Source: Eledone cirrhosa (lineage: Eukaryota). From it: a stretch of DNA of 64,000 nt. The notes beneath the pieces are model-generated. The model saw nothing but the letters and a program-made list of their open reading frames with translations, was not told the origin of the DNA and ran no database searches. Of this stretch, positions 11,001-25,300 are shown one piece after another (within the stretch, counting starts at the first letter, position 1; the number at the start of each line of letters is the position of its first letter). Location: assembly GCA_964016885.1 (NCBI GenBank), contig OZ024743.1:138508001-138572000 (forward strand), read 5' to 3'. The translations under genes and the position numbers were made by a program.

Positions 11001-13370
11001 TGGTGTTTGGTGTTTGTTGTTTGGTGTTTGCTGTTTGGTGTTTGGTGCTTGGTGCTTAGTGTTTGGTGCTAGGTGCTTGGTGTTTGGTGCTTGGTGCTTG
11101 GTGTTTGGTGCCTGGTGCTTGGTGTTTGGTGTTTGGTGTTTGGTGCTTGGTGCTTGGTGTTTGGTGTTTGCTGTTTGCTGTTTGGTGTTTGGTGTTTGGT
11201 GTTTGTTGTTTGGTGTTTGCTGTTTGGTGTTTGGTGTTTGCTTTTTGGTGTTTGGTGTTTGCTGTATGTTGTTTGCTATTTGGTGTTTGGTGTTTGGTGT
11301 TTGGTGCTTGTTGCTTGGTGTTTGGTGCTTGGTGCTTGGTGTTTGGTTCCTGGTGCTTGGTGCTTGGTGCTTGGTGTTTGGTGTTTGGTGCTTGGTGCTT
11401 GGAGTTTAGTGTTTGGTGCTTGGTGCTTGGTGTTTTGTGTTTCGTGTTTGGTTTTTGGTGCTTGGTGCTTGGTGCTTGGTCGTTGGTGTTTGGTGCTGGG
11501 TGCTTTGTCTTTGGTGCTTGGTGCTTGGTGCTTGGTGTTTGGTGTTTGCTGCTTGGTGTTTGATGCTTGGTGCTTGGTGCTTGGTGTTTTGTGTTTGGTG
11601 CTTGGTGTTTGGTGCTTGGTGCTTGGTGTTTGTACTTGGTGCTTGGTGCTTGGTGTTTGGTTCTTGGTTCTTGGTGTTTGGTGTTTGGCGATTGGTGTTT
11701 GGTGCTTGGTGCTTGGTGTTTGGTGCCTGGTGCTTGGTGCTTGGTGCTTGGTGTTTGGTGTTTGGTGCTTGGTGATTGGAGTTTGGTGTTTGGTGCTTGG
11801 TGCTTGGTGTTTTGTGTTTGGTGCTTGGTGTTTGATGCTTGGTGCTTGGTGCTTGGTGTTTTATGTTTGGTGCTTGGTTCTTGGTGTTTGGTGCTTGGTG
11901 CTTGGTGCTTGGTGTTTGTACTTGGTGCTTGGTACTTGGTATTTGGTTCTTGGTTCTTGGTGGTTGGTGTTTGGTGCTTGGTGCTTGGTGCTTGGTGTTA
12001 GGTGTTTGGTGCTTGGTCCTTGGTGTTTGGTGCTTGGTGTTTGGTGTTTGCTGTCTGCTTTTTGGTGTTTAGTGTTTGCTGTATGGTGTTTGGTGCTTGA
12101 TGTTTGGTGCTTGGTGCTTGGTGTTTGGTGTTTGGTGCTTGGTGCTTGGTGTTTGGTGTTATATGCTTGGTGTTTGATGCTTGGTGCTTGGTGCTTGGTG
12201 TTTGGTGTTTGGTGTTTGTACTTGGTGCTTGGTGCTTGGTGCTGGGTGTTTGGTGCTTGGTGTTTGGTGCTTGGTGCTTGGTGCTTGGTGCTTGGTGCTT
12301 GGTGTTTGGTGGTTGGTGTTTGGTGCTTGGTGTTAGGTGTTTGGTGATTGGTGCTTGGTGTTTGGTGTTTGGTGTTTGGTGTTATATGCTTGGTGTTTGA
12401 TGCTTGGTGCTTGGTGCTTGGTGTTTGGTGTTTGGTGCTTGGTGTTTGATGCTTGGTGCTTGGTGCTTGGTGTTTGGTGCTTGGTGCTTGGTGTTTGGTG
12501 CTTGGTGCTTGGTGTTTGGTGCTTGGTGTTTGGTGCTTGGTGTTTGGTGCTTGGTCCTTGGTGCTTGGTGCTTGGTGTTTGGTGGTTGGTGCTTGGTGCT
12601 TGGTGTTAGGTGTTTGGTGCTTGGTGCTTGGTGTTTGGTGTTTGGTGCTTGGTGTTTGGTGTTTGGTGCTTGGTGTTTGGTGCTTGGTACTTGGTGCTTG
12701 GTGCTTGGTGTTAGGTGTTTGGTGCTTGGTGTTTGGTGTCTGGTTTTAGGTGCTTGGTGCTTGGTGTTTGGTGCTTGCTGCTGGCTGCTTGGTGTTTGGT
12801 GCTTGGTGATTGGTGCCTGGTGTTTGGTGCTTGGTGTTTGGTGTTTGGTGCTAGGTGCTTGGTGTTTGGTGCTTGGTGCTTGGTGTTTGTACTTGGTGCT
12901 TGGTGCTTGGTTCTTGGTGTTTGGTGCTTGGTGCTTGGTGTTTGGTGCTTGGTGCTTGGTGTTTGGTGCTTGGTGTTTGGTGCTTGGTGTTTGGTGTTTG
13001 GTGCTTGGTGCTTGGTGTTTGGTGCTTGGTGTTTGGTGCTTGGTGTTAGGTGTTTGGTGCTTGGTGCTTGGTGTTTGGTGCTTGGTGTTTGATGCTTGGT
13101 GCTTTGTGCTTGGTGTTTGGTGCTTGGTGCTTGGTGTTTGTACTTGGTGCTTGGTGCTTGGTTCTTGGTGTTTGGTGCTTGGTGCTTGGTGTTTGGTGTT
13201 TGGTGCTTGGTGTTTGGTGCTTGGTGTTTGGTGCTTGGTGCTTGGTGTTTGGTGCTTGGTGCTGGGTGGTTGGTGTTTAGTGCTTGGTGTTTGGTGCTGG
13301 GTGCTTGGTGTTTGGTGCTTGGTGTTTGGTGTTTGGTGCTTGGTGCTTGGTGTTTGGTGCTTGGTGTTTA
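2090..13370. repeat. Long direct repeat pair ~2090-5930 vs ~9510-13370 (offset 7419, drifting to 7433)
   Basis: Matching ORFs at offset 7419 (2102/9521, 2774/10193, 3343/10762) and 7433 (4671/12104, 5663/13096). Both copies share the private variant TTGGTTGTTGGTGTTATATG near 2430 and 9850. Confidence 0.8.
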
Positions 13371-16300
13371 GTGTTTGGTGCTTGGTGCTTAGTGTTTGGT
13401 GCTAGGTGCTTGGTGTTTGGTGCTTGGTGCTTGGTGTTTGGTGCCTGGTGCTTGGTGTTTGGTGTTTGGTGTTTGGTGCTTGGTGCTTGGTGTTTGGTGT
13501 TTGCTGTTTGCTGTTTGGTGTTTGGTGTTTGGTGTTTGTTGTTTGGTGTTTGCTGTTTGGTGTTTGGTGTTTGCTTTTTGGTGTTTGGTGTTTGCTGTAT
13601 GTTGTTTGCTGTTTGGTGTTTGGTGTTTGGTGTTTGGTGCTTGTTGCTTGGTGTTTGGTGCTTGGTGCTTGGTGTTTGGTTCCTGGTGCTTGGTGCTTGG
13701 TGCTTGGTGTTTGGTGTTTGGTGCTTGGTGCTTGGAGTTTTGTGTTTGGTGCTTGGTGCTTGGTGTTTTGTGTTTCGTGTTTGGTTTTTGGTGCTTGGTG
13801 CTTGGTGCTTGGTCCTTGGTGTTTGGTGCTGGGTGCTTTGTGTTTGGTGCTTGGTGCTTGGTGCTTGGTGTTTGGTGTTTGGTGTTTGATGCTTGGTGTT
13901 TGGTGCTTGGTGTTTTGTGTTTGGTGCTTGGTGTTTGGTGCTTGGTGTTTGTACTTGGTGCTTGGTGCTTGGTGTTTGGTTCTTGGTTCTTGGTGTTTGG
14001 TGTTTGGCGATTGGTGTTTGGTGCTTGGTGCTTGGTGTTTGGTCTTTGGTGCTTGGTGTTTGGTGCTTGGTGCTTGGTGTTTGGTGTTTGGTGCTTGGTG
14101 CTTGGTGTTTGGTGTTATATGCTTGGTGTTTGATGCTTGGTGCTTGGTGCTTGGTGTTTGGTGTTTGGTGTTTGTACTTGGTGCTTGTTGCTTGGTGCTT
14201 GGTGTTTGGTGCTTGGTGTTTGGTGCTTGGTGCTTGGTGCTTCGTGCTTGGTGCTTGGTGTTTGGTGGTTGGTGTTTGGTGCTTGGTGTTAGGTGTTTGG
14301 TGCTTGGTGCTTGGTGTTTGGTGTTTGGTGCTTGGTGTTTGGTGTTTGGTGCTTGGTGTTTGGTGCTTGGTACTTGGTGCTTGGTGCTTGGTGTTAGGTG
14401 TTTGGTGCTTGGTGTTTGGTGCTTGGTGTTTGGTGCTTCGTGCTTGGTGCTTGGTGCTTGGTGTTTGGTGGTTGGTGTTTGGTGCTTGGTGTTAGGTGTT
14501 TGGTGCTTGGTGCTTGGTGTTTGGTGTTTGGTGCTTGGTGTTTGGTGTTTGGTGCTTGGTGTTTGCTGCTTTTTGCTTAGTGCTTCGTGTTTGGTGTTTG
14601 GTGCTTGGTGTTTGGTGTTTGGAGCTTGGTGTTTGGTGCTTTTTGCTTGGTGCTTGGTGCTTGGTGTTTGGTGCTTGGTGCTTGGTGTTTGGTGCTGGGT
14701 GCTTGGTGTTTGGTGTTTGGTGTTATATGCTTGGTGTTTGATGCTTGGTGCTTGGTGTTTGGTGTTTGGTGCTTGGTGTTTGATGCTTGGTGCTTGGTGC
14801 TTGGTGTTTGGTGCTTGGTGCTTGGTGTTTGGTGCTTGGTGCTTGGTGTTTGGTGCTAGGTGTTTGGTGCTTGGTGTTTGGTGCTTGGTGCTCGGTGCTT
14901 GGTGCTTGGTGTTTGGTGGTTGGTGCTTGGTGCTTGGTGTTTGGTGTTTGGTGCTTGGTGTTTGGTGCTTGGTACTTGGTGCTTGGTGCTTGGTGTTAGT
15001 TGTTTGGTGCTTGGTGTTTGGTGTCTGGTTTTTGGTGCTTGGTGCTTGGTGTTTGGTGCTTGCTGCTGGCTGCTTGGTGTTTGGTGCTTGGTGATTGGTG
15101 CCTGGTGTTTGGTGCTTTGTGTTTGGTGTTTGGTGCTAGGTGCTTGGTGTTTGGTGCTTGGTGCTTGGTGTTTGTACTTGGTGCTTGGTGCTTGGTTCTT
15201 GGTGTTTGGTGCTTGGTGCTTGGTGTTTGGTGCTTGGTGCTTGGTGTTTGGTGCTTGGTGTTTGGTGCTTGGTGTTTGGTGCTTGGTGCTTGGTGCTTGG
15301 TGTTTGGTGCTTGGTGTTTGGTGCTTGGTGTTAGGTGTTTGGTGTTTGGTTCTTGGTGTTTGGTGTTTGGTGTTATATGCTTGGTGTTTGATGCTTGGTG
15401 CTTGGTGCTTAGTGTTTGGTGCTTGGTGTTTGATGCTTGGTGCTTGGTGCTTGGTGTTTGGTGCTTGGTGCTTGGTGTTTGTACTTGGTGCTTGGTGCTT
15501 GGTTCTTGGTGTTTGGTGCTTGGTGCTTGGTGCTTGGTGCTTGGTGTTTGTACTTGGTGCTTGGTGCTTGGTTCTTGGTGTTTGGTGCTTGGTGCTTGGT
15601 GTTTGGTGCTTGGTGCTTGGTGTTTGGTGCTTGGTGTTTGGTGCTTGGTGTTTGGTGCTTGGTGCTTGGTGCTTGGTGTTTGGTGCTTGGTGTTTGGTGC
15701 TTGGTGTTAGGTGTTTGGTGTTTGGTGCTTGGTGCTTGGTGTTTGGTGCTTGGTGTTTAGTGTTTGGTGCTTGGTGCTTAGTGTTTGGTGCTAGGTGCTT
15801 GGTGTTTGGTGCTTGGTGCTTGGTGTTTGGTGCCTGGTGCTTGGTGTTTGGTGTTTGGTGTTTGGTGCTTGGTGCTTGGTGTTTGGTGTTTGCTGTTTGC
15901 TGTTTGGTGTTTGGTGTTTGGTGTTTGTTGTTTGGTGTTAGCTGTTTGGTGTTTGGTGTTTGCTTTTTGGTGTTTGGTGTTTGCTGTATGTTGTTTGCTG
16001 TTTGGTGTTTGGTGTTTGGTGTTTGGTGCTTGTTGCTTGGTGTTTGGTGCTTGGTGCTTGGTGTTTGGTTCCTGGTGCTTGGTGCTTGGTGCTTGGTGTT
16101 TGGTGTTTGGTGCTTGGTGCTTGGAGTTTTGTGTTTGGTGCTTGGTGCTTGGTGTTTTGTGTTTCGTGTTTGGTTTTTGGTGCTTGGTGCTTGGTGCTTG
16201 GTCCTTGGTGTTTGGTGCTGGGTGCTTTGTGTTTGGTGCTTGGTGCTTGGTGCTTGGTGTTTGGTGTTTGCTGCTTGGTGTTTGATGCTTGGTGCTTGGT

Positions 16301-19300
16301 GTTTTGTGTTTGGTGCTTGGTGTTTGGTGCTTGGTGCTTGGTGTTTGTACTTGGTGCTTGGTGCTTGGTGTTTGGTTCTTGGTTCTTGGTGTTTGGTGTT
16401 TGGCGATTGGTGTTTGGTGCTTGGTGCTTGGTGTTTGGTGCCTGGTGCTTGGTGCTTGGTGCTTGGTGTTTCGTGTTTGGTGCTTGGTGCTTGGAGTTTG
16501 GTGTTTGGTGCTTGGTGCTTGGTGTTTTGTGTTTGGTGCTTGGTGTTTGATGCTTGGTGCTTGGTGCTTGGTGTTTTGTGTTTGGTGCTTGGTTCTTGGT
16601 GTTTGGTGCTTGGTGCTTGGTGCTTGGTGTTTGTACTTGGTGCTTGGTGCTTGGTGTTTGGTTCTTGGTTCTTGGTGTTTTGTACTTGGTGCTTGGTGCT
16701 TGGTGCTTGATGTTTGGTGTTTGGTGGTTGGTGTTTGGTGCTTGGTGCTTGGTGCTTGGTGTTAGGTGTTTGGTGCTTGGTCCTTGGTGTTTGGTGCTTG
16801 GTGTTTGGTGTTTGCTGTCTGCTTTTTGGTGTTTAGTGTTTGCTGTATGGTGTTTGGTGTTTGCTGTTTGGTGTTTGGTCTTTGGTGCTTGGTGTTTGGT
16901 GCTTGGTGCTTGGTGTTTGGTGTTTGGTGCTTGGTGCTTGGTGTTTGGTGTTATACGCTTGGTGTTTGATGCTTGGTGCTTTGTGCTTGGTGTTTGGTGT
17001 TTGGTGTTTGTACTTGGTGCTTGGTGCTTGGTGCTTGGTGTTTGGTGCTTGGTGTTTGGTGCTTGGTGCTTGGTGCTTGGTGCTTGGTGCTTGGTGTTTG
17101 GTGGTTGGTGTTTGGTGCTTGGTGTTAGGTGTTTGGTGCTTGGTGCTTGGTGTTTGGTGTTTGGTGCTTGGTGTTTGGTGTTTGGTGCTTGGTGTTTGGT
17201 GCTTGGTACTTGGTGCTTGGTGCTTGGTGTTAGGTGTTTGGTGCTTGGTGTTTGGTGCTTGGTGTTTGGTGCTTGGTGCTTGGTGCTTGGTGCTTGGTGT
17301 TTGGTGGTTGGTGTTTAGTGCTTGGTGTTAGTTGTTTGGTGCTTGGTGCTTGGTGTTTGGTGTTTGGTGCTTGGTGTTTGGTGTTTGGTGCTTGGTGTTT
17401 GGTGCTTTTTGCTTGGTGCTTGGTGCTTGGTGTTTGGTGCTTGGTGCTTGGTGTTTGGTGCTGGGTGCTTGGTGTTTGGTGTTTGGTGTTATATGCTTGG
17501 TGTTTGATGCTTGGTGCTTGGTGCTTGGTGTTTGGTGTTTGGTGCTTGGTGTTTGATGCTTGGTGCTTGGTGCTTGGTGTTTGGTGCTTGGTGCTTGGTG
17601 TTTGGTGCTTGGTGCTTGGTGTTTGGTGCTTGGTGTTTGGTGCTTGATGTTTGGTGCTTGGTGCTTGGTGCTTGGTGCTTGGTGTTTGGTGGTTGGTGCT
17701 TGGTGCTTGGTGTTAGGTGTTTGGTGCTTGGTGCTTGGTGTTTGGTGTTTGGTGCTTGGTGTTTGGTGTTTGGTGCTTGCTGCTGGCTGCTTGGTGTTTG
17801 GTGCTTGGTGATTGGTGCTTGGTGTTTGGTGCTTGGTGTTTGGTGTTTGGTGCTAGGTGCTTGGTGTTTGGTGCTTGGTGCTTGGTGTTTGTACTTGGTG
17901 CTTGGTGCTTGGTTCTTGGTGTTTGGTGCTTGGTGCTTGGTGTTTGGTGCTTGGTGCTTGGTGTTTGGTGCTTGGTGATTGGTGCTTGGTGTTTGGTGCT
18001 TGGTTCTTGGTGCTTGGTGTTTGGTGCTTGGTGTTTGGTGCTTGGTGTTAGGTGTTTGGTGCTTGGTGTTTGGTGCTTGGTACTTGGTGCTTGGTGCTTT
18101 GTGTTAGGTGTTTGCTGTTTGCTGTTTGGTGCTTGGTGCTTGGTGTTTGGTGTTTGCTGTTTGCTGTTTGGTGTTTGGTGTTTGGTGTTTGTTGTTTGGT
18201 GTTTGCTGTTTGGTGTTTGGTGTTTGCTTTTTGGTGTTTGGTATTTGCTGTATGTTGTTTGCTATTTGGTGTTTGGTGTTTGGTGTTTGGTGCTTGTTGC
18301 TTGGTGTTTGGTGCTTGGTGCTTGGTGTTTGGTTCCTGGTGCTTGGTGCTTGGTGCTTGGTGTTTGGTGTTTGGTGCTTGGTGCTTGGAGTTTAGTGTTT
18401 GGTGCTTGGTGCTTGGTGTTTTGTGTTTCGTGTTTGGTTTTTGGTGCTTGGTGCTTGGTGCTTGGTCGTTGGTGTTTGGTGCTGGGTGCTTTGTCTTTGG
18501 TGCTTGGTGCTTGGTGCTTGGTGTTTGGTGTTTGCTGCTTGGTGTTTGATGCTTGGTGCTTGGTGCTTGGTGTTTTGTGTTTGGTGCTTGGTGTTTGGTG
18601 CTTGGTGCTTGGTGTTTGTACTTGGTGCTTGGTGCTTGGTGTTTGGTGTTTGGCGATTGGTGTTTGGTGCTTGGTGCTTGGTGTTTGGTGCCTGGTGCTT
18701 GGTGCTTGGTGCTTGGTGTTTGGTGTTTGGTGCTTGGTGATTGGAGTTTGGTGTTTGGTGCTTGGTGCTTGGTGTTTTGTGTTTGGTGCTTGGTGTTTGA
18801 TGCTTGGTGCTTGGTGCTTGGTGTTTTGTGTTTGGTGCTTGGTTCTTGGTGTTTGGTGCTTGGTGCTTGGTGCTTGGTGTTTGTACTTGGTGCTTGGTAC
18901 TTGGTATTTGGTTCTTGGTTCTTGGTGTTTGGTACTTGGTGCTTGGTGCTTGGTGCTTGATGTTTGGTGTTTGGTGGTTGGTGTTTGGTGCTTGGTGCTT
19001 GGTGCTTGGTGTTAGGTGTTTGGTGCTTGGTCCTTGGTGTTTGGTGCTTGGTGTTTGGTGTTTGCTGTCTGCTTTTTGGTGTTTAGTGTTTGCTGTATGG
19101 TGTTTGGTGTTTGCTGTTTGGTGTTTGTTCTTTGGTGCTTGATGTTTGGTGCTTGGTGCTTGGTGTTTGGTGTTTGGTGCTTGGTGCTTGGTGTTTGGTG
19201 TTATATGCTTGGTGTTTGATGCTTGGTGCTTGGTGCTTGGTGTTTGGTGTTTGGTGTTTGTACTTGGTGCTTGGTGCTTGGTGCTGGGTGTTTGGTGCTT

Positions 19301-22300
19301 GGTGTTTGGTGCTTGGTGCTTGGTGCTTGGTGCTTGGTGCTTGGTGTTTGGTGGTTGGTGTTTGGTGCTTGGTGTTAGGTGTTTGGTGATTGGTGCTTGG
19401 TGTTTGGTGTTTGGTGTTTGGTGTTATATGCTTGGTGTTTGATGCTTGGTGCTTGGTGCTTGGTGTTTGGTGTTTGGTGCTTGGTGTTTGATGCTTGGTG
19501 CTTGGTGCTTGGTGTTTGGTGCTTGGTGCTTGGTGTTTGGTGCTTGGTGCTTGGTGTTTGGTGCTTGGTGTTTGGTGCTTGGTGTTTGGTGCTTGGTCCT
19601 TGGTGCTTGGTGCTTGGTGTTTGGTGGTTGGTGCTTGGTGCTTGGTGTTAGGTGTTTGGTGCTTGGTGCTTGGTGTTTGGTGTTTGGTGCTTGGTGTTTG
19701 GTGTTTGGTGCTTGGTGTTTGGTGCTTGGTACTTGGTGCTTGGTGCTTGGTGTTAGGTGTTTGGTGCTTGGTGTTTGGTGTCTGGTTTTAGGTGCTTGGT
19801 GCTTGGTGTTTGGTGCTTGCTGCTGGCTGCTTGGTGTTTGGTGCTTGGTGATTGGTGCCTGGTGTTTGGTGCTTGGTGTTTGGTGTTTGGTGCTAGGTGC
19901 TTGGTGTTTGGTGCTTGGTGCTTGGTGTTTGTACTTGGTGCTTGGTGCTTGGTTCTTGGTGTTTGGTGCTTGGTGCTTGGTGTTTGGTGCTTGGTGCTTG
20001 GTGTTTGGTGCTTGGTGTTTGGTGCTTGGTGTTTGGTGTTTGGTGCTTGGTATTTGGTGTTTGGTGCTTGGTGTTTGGTGCTTGGTGTTAGGTGTTTGGT
20101 GCTTGGTGCTTGGTGTTTGGTGCTTGGTGTTTGATGCTTGGTGCTTTGTGCTTGGTGTTTGGTGCTTGGTGCTTGGTGTTTGTACTTGGTGCTTGGTGCT
20201 TGGTTCATGGTGTTTGGTGCTTGGTGCTTGGTGTTTGGTGTTTGGTGCTTGGTGTTTGGTGCTTGGTGTTTGGTGCTTGGTGCTTGGTGCTTGGTGCTTG
20301 GTGCTGGGTGGTTGGTGTTTAGTGCTTGGTGTTTGGTGCTGGGTGCTTGGTGTTTGGTGCTTGGTGTTTGGTGTTTGGTGCTTGGTGCTTGGTGTTTGGT
20401 GCTTGGTGTTTAGTGTTTGGTGCTTGGTGCTTAGTGTTTGGTGCTAGGTGCTTGGTGTTTGGTGCTTGGTGCTTGGTGTTTGGTGCCTGGTGCTTGGTGT
20501 TTGGTGTTTGGTGTTTGGTGCTTGGTGCTTGGTGTTTGGTGTTTGCTGTTTGCTGTTTGGTGTTTGGTGTTTGGTGTTTGTTGTTTGGTGTTTGCTGTTT
20601 GGTGTTTGGTGTTTGCTTTTTGGTGTTTGGTGTTTGCTGTATGTTGTTTGCTGTTTGGTGTTTGGTGTTTGGTGTTTGGTGCTTGTTGCTTGGTGTTTGG
20701 TGCTTGGTGCTTGGTGTTTGGTTCCTGGTGCTTGGTGCTTGGTGCTTGGTGTTTGGTGTTTGGTGCTTGGTGCTTGGAGTTTTGTGTTTGGTGCTTGGTG
20801 CTTGGTGTTTTGTGTTTCGTGTTTGGTTTTTGGTGCTTGGTGCTTGGTGCTTGGTCCTTGGTGTTTGGTGCTGGGTGCTTTGTGTTTGGTGCTTGGTGCT
20901 TGGTGCTTAGTGTTTGGTGTTTGGTGTTTGATGCTTGGTGTTTGGTGCTTGGTGTTTTGTGTTTGGTGCTTGGTGTTTGGTGCTTGGTGTTTGTACTTGG
21001 TGCTTGGTGCTTGGTGTTTGGTTCTTGGTTCTTGGTGTTTGGTGTTTGGCGATTGGTGTTTGGTGCTTGGTGCTTGGTGTTTGGTCTTTGGTGCTTGGTG
21101 TTTGGTGCTTGGTGCTTGGTGTTTGGTGTTTGGTGCTTGGTGCTTGGTGTTTGGTGTTATATGCTTGGTGTTTGATGCTTGGTGCTTGGTGCTTGGTGTT
21201 TGGTGTTTGGTGTTTGTACTTGGTGCTTGTTGCTTGGTGCTTGGTGTTTGGTGCTTGGTGTTTGGTGCTTGGTGCTTGGTGCTTCGTGCTTGGTGCTTGG
21301 TGTTTGGTGGTTGGTGTTTGGTGCTTGGTGTTAGGTGTTTGGTGCTTGGTGCTTGGTGTTTGGTGTTTGGTGCTTGGTGTTTGGTGTTTGTACTTGGTGC
21401 TTGGTGCTTGGTTCTTGGTGTTTGGTGCTTGGTGCTTGGTGTTTGGTGCTTGGTGCTTGGTGTTTGGTGCTTGGTGTTTGGTGCTTGGTGTTTGGTGCTT
21501 GGTGCTTGGTGCTTGGTGTTTGGTGCTTGGTGTTTGGTGCTTGGTGTTAGGTGTTTGGTGCTTGGTGCTTGGTGTTTGGTGTTTGGTTCTTGGTGTTTGG
21601 TGTTTGGTGTTATATGCTTGGTGTTTGATGCTTGGTGCTTGGTGCTTAGTGTTTGGTGCTTGGTGTTTGATGCTTGGTGCTTGGTGCTTGGTGTTTGGTG
21701 CTTGGTGCTTGGTGTTTGTACTTGGTGCTTGGTGCTTGGTTCTTGGTGTTTGGTGCTTGGTGCTTGGTGTTTGGTGTTTGGTGCTTGGTGTTTGGTGCTT
21801 GGTGTTTGGTGCTTGGTGCTTGGTGTTTGGTGCTTGGTGCTGGGTGGTTGGTGTTTAGTGCTTGGTGTTTGGTGCTTGGTGCTTGGTGTTTGGTGCTTGG
21901 TGTTTGGTGTTTGGTGCTTGGTGCTTGGTGTTTGGTGCTTGGTGTTTAGTGTTTGGTGCTTGGTGCTTAGTGTTTGGTGCTAGGTGCTTGGTGTTTGGTG
22001 CTTGGTGCTTGGTGTTTGGTGCCTGGTGCTTGGTGTTTGGTGTTTGGTGTTTGGTGCTTGGTGCTTGGTGTTTGGTGTTTGCTGTTTGCTGTTTGGTGTT
22101 TGGTGTTTGGTGTTTGTTGTTTGGTGTTAGCTGTTTGGTGTTTGGTGTTTGCTTTTTGGTGTTTGGTGTTTGCTGTATGTTGTTTGCTGTTTGGTGTTTG
22201 GTGTTTGGTGTTTGGTGCTTGTTGCTTGGTGTTTGGTGCTTGGTGCTTGGTGTTTGGTTCCTGGTGCTTGGTGCTTGGTGCTTGGTGTTTGGTGTTTGGT

Positions 22301-25300
22301 GCTTGGTGCTTGGAGTTTTGTGTTTGGTGCTTGGTGCTTGGTGTTTTGTGTTTCGTGTTTGGTTTTTGGTGCTTGGTGCTTGGTGCTTGGTCCTTGGTGT
22401 TTGGTGCTGGGTGCTTTGTGTTTGGTGCTTGGTGCTTGGTGCTTGGTGTTTGGTGTTTGCTGCTTGGTGTTTGATGCTTGGTGCTTGGTGTTTTGTGTTT
22501 GGTGCTTGGTGTTTGGTGCTTGGTGCTTGGTGTTTGTACTTGGTGCTTGGTGCTTGGCGTTTGGTTCTTGGTTCTTGGTGTTTGGTGTTTGGCGATTGGT
22601 GTTTGGTGCTTGGTGCTTGGTGTTTGGTGCCTGGTGCTTGGTGCTTGGTGCTTGGTGTTTCGTGTTTGGTGCTTGGTGCTTGGAGTTTGGTGTTTGGTGC
22701 TTGGTGCTTGGTGTTTTGTGTTTGGTGCTTGGTGTTTGATGCTTGGTGCTTGGTGCTTGGTGTTTTGTGTTTGGTGCTTGGTTCTTGGTGTTTGGTGCTT
22801 GGTGCTTGGTGCTTGGTGTTTGTACTTGGTGCTTGGTGCTTGGTGTTTGGTTCTTGGTTCTTGGTGTTTTGTACTTGGTGCTTGGTGCTTGGTGCTTGAT
22901 GTTTGGTGTTTGGTGGTTGGTGTTTGGTGCTTGGTGCTTGGTGCTTGGTGTTAGGTGTTTGGTGCTTGGTCCTTGGTGTTTGGTGCTTGGTGTTTGGTGT
23001 TTGCTGTCTGCTTTTTGGTGTTTAGTGTTTGCTGTATGGTGTTTGGTGTTTGCTGTTTGGTGTTTGGTCTTTGGTGCTTGGTGTTTGGTGCTTGGTGCTT
23101 GGTGTTTGGTGTTTGGTGCTTGGTGCTTGGTGTTTGGTGTTATACGCTTGGTGTTTGATGCTTGGTGCTTTGTGCTTGGTGTTTGGTGTTTGGTGTTTGT
23201 ACTTGGTGCTTGGTGCTTGGTGCTTGGTGTTTGGTGCTTGGTGTTTGGTGCTTGGTGCTTGGTGCTTGGTGCTTGGTGCTTGGTGTTTGGTGGTTGGTGT
23301 TTGGTGCTTGGTGTTAGGTGTTTGGTGCTTGGTGCTTGGTGTTTGGTGTTTGGTGCTTGGTGTTTGGTGTTTGGTGCTTGGTGTTTGGTGCTTGGTACTT
23401 GGTGCTTGGTGCTTGGTGTTAGGTGTTTGGTGCTTGGTGTTTGGTGCTTGGTGTTTGGTGCTTGGTGCTTGGTGCTTGGTGCTTGGTGTTTGGTGGTTGG
23501 TGTTTAGTGCTTGGTGTTAGTTGTTTGGTGCTTGGTGCTTGGTGTTTGGTGTTTGGTGCTTGGTGTTTGGTGTTTGGTGCTTGGTGTTTGGTGCTTTTTG
23601 CTTGGTGCTTGGAGCTTGGTGTTTGGTGCTTGGTGCTTGGTGTTTGGTGCTGGGTGCTTGGTGTCTGGTGTTTGGTGTTATATGCTTGGTGTTTGATGCT
23701 TGGTGCTTGGTGCTTGGTGTTTGGTGTTTGGTGCTTGGTGTTTGATGCTTGGTGCTTGGTGCTTGGTGTTTGGTGCTTGGTGCTTGGTGTTTGGTGCTTG
23801 GTGCTTGGTGTTTGGTGCTTGGTGTTTGGTGCTTGATGTTTGGTGCTTGGTGCTTGGTGCTTGGTGCTTGGTGTTTGGTGGTTGGTGCTTGGTGCTTGGT
23901 GTTAGGTGTTTGGTGCTTGGTGCTTGGTGTTTGGTGTTTGGTGCTTGGTATTTGGTGTTTGGTGCTTGGTGTTTGGTGCTTGGTGTTAGGTGTTTGGTGC
24001 TTGGTGCTTGGTGTTTGGTGCTTGGTGTTTGATGCTTGGTGCTTTGTGCTTGGTGTTTGGTGCTTGGTGCTTGGTGTTTGTACTTGGTGCTTGGTGCTTG
24101 GTTCATGGTGTTTGGTGCTTGGTGCTTGGTGTTTGGTGTTTGGTGCTTGGTGTTTGGTGCTTGGTGTTTGGTGCTTGGTGCTTGGTGCTTGGTGCTTGGT
24201 GCTGGGTGGTTGGTGTTTAGTGCTTGGTGTTTGGTGCTGGGTGCTTGGTGTTTGGTGCTTGGTGTTTGGTGTTTGGTGCTTGGTGCTTGGTGTTTGGTGC
24301 TTGGTGTTTAGTGTTTGGTGCTTGGTGCTTAGTGTTTGGTGCTAGGTGCTTGGTGTTTGGTGCTTGGTGCTTGGTGTTTGGTGCCTGGTGCTTGGTGTTT
24401 GGTGTTTGGTGTTTGGTGCTTGGTGCTTGGTGTTTGGTGTTTGCTGTTTGCTGTTTGGTGTTTGGTGTTTGGTGTTTGTTGTTTGGTGTTTGCTGTTTGG
24501 TGTTTGGTGTTTGCTTTTTGGTGTTTGGTGTTTGCTGTATGTTGTTTGCTGTTTGGTGTTTGGTGTTTGGTGTTTGGTGCTTGTTGCTTGGTGTTTGGTG
24601 AATGGTGCTTGGTGTTTGGTTCCTGGTGCTTGGTGCTTGGTGCTTGGTGTTTGGTGTTTGGTGCTTGGTGCTTGGAGTTTTGTGTTTGGTGCTTGGTGCT
24701 TGGTGTTTTGTGTTTCGTGTTTGGTTTTTGGTGCTTGGTGCTTGGTGCTTGGTCCTTGGTGTTTGGTGCTGGGTGCTTTGTGTTTGGTGCTTGGTGCTTG
24801 GTGCTTGGTGTTTGGTGTTTGGTGTTTGATGCTTGGTGTTTGGTGCTTGGTGTTTTGTGTTTGGTGCTTGGTGTTTGGTGCTTGGTGTTTGTACTTGGTG
24901 CTTGGTGCTTGGTGTTTGGTTCTTGGTTCTTGGTGTTTGGTGTTTGGCGATTGGTGTTTGGTGCTTGGTGCTTGGTGTTTGGTCTTTGGTGCTTGGTGTT
25001 TGGTGCTTGGTGCTTGGTGTTTGGTGTTTGGTGCTTGGTGCTTGGTGTTTGGTGTTATATGCTTGGTGTTTGATGCTTGGTGCTTGGTGCTTGGTGTTTG
25101 GTGTTTGGTGTTTGTACTTGGTGCTTGTTGCTTGGTGCTTGGTGTTTGGTGCTTGGTGTTTGGTGCTTGGTGCTTGGTGCTTCGTGCTTGGTGCTTGGTG
25201 TTTGGTGGTTGGTGTTTGGTGCTTGGTGTTAGGTGTTTGGTGCTTGGTGCTTGGTGTTTGGTGTTTGGTGCTTGGTGTTTGGTGTTTGTACTTGGTGCTT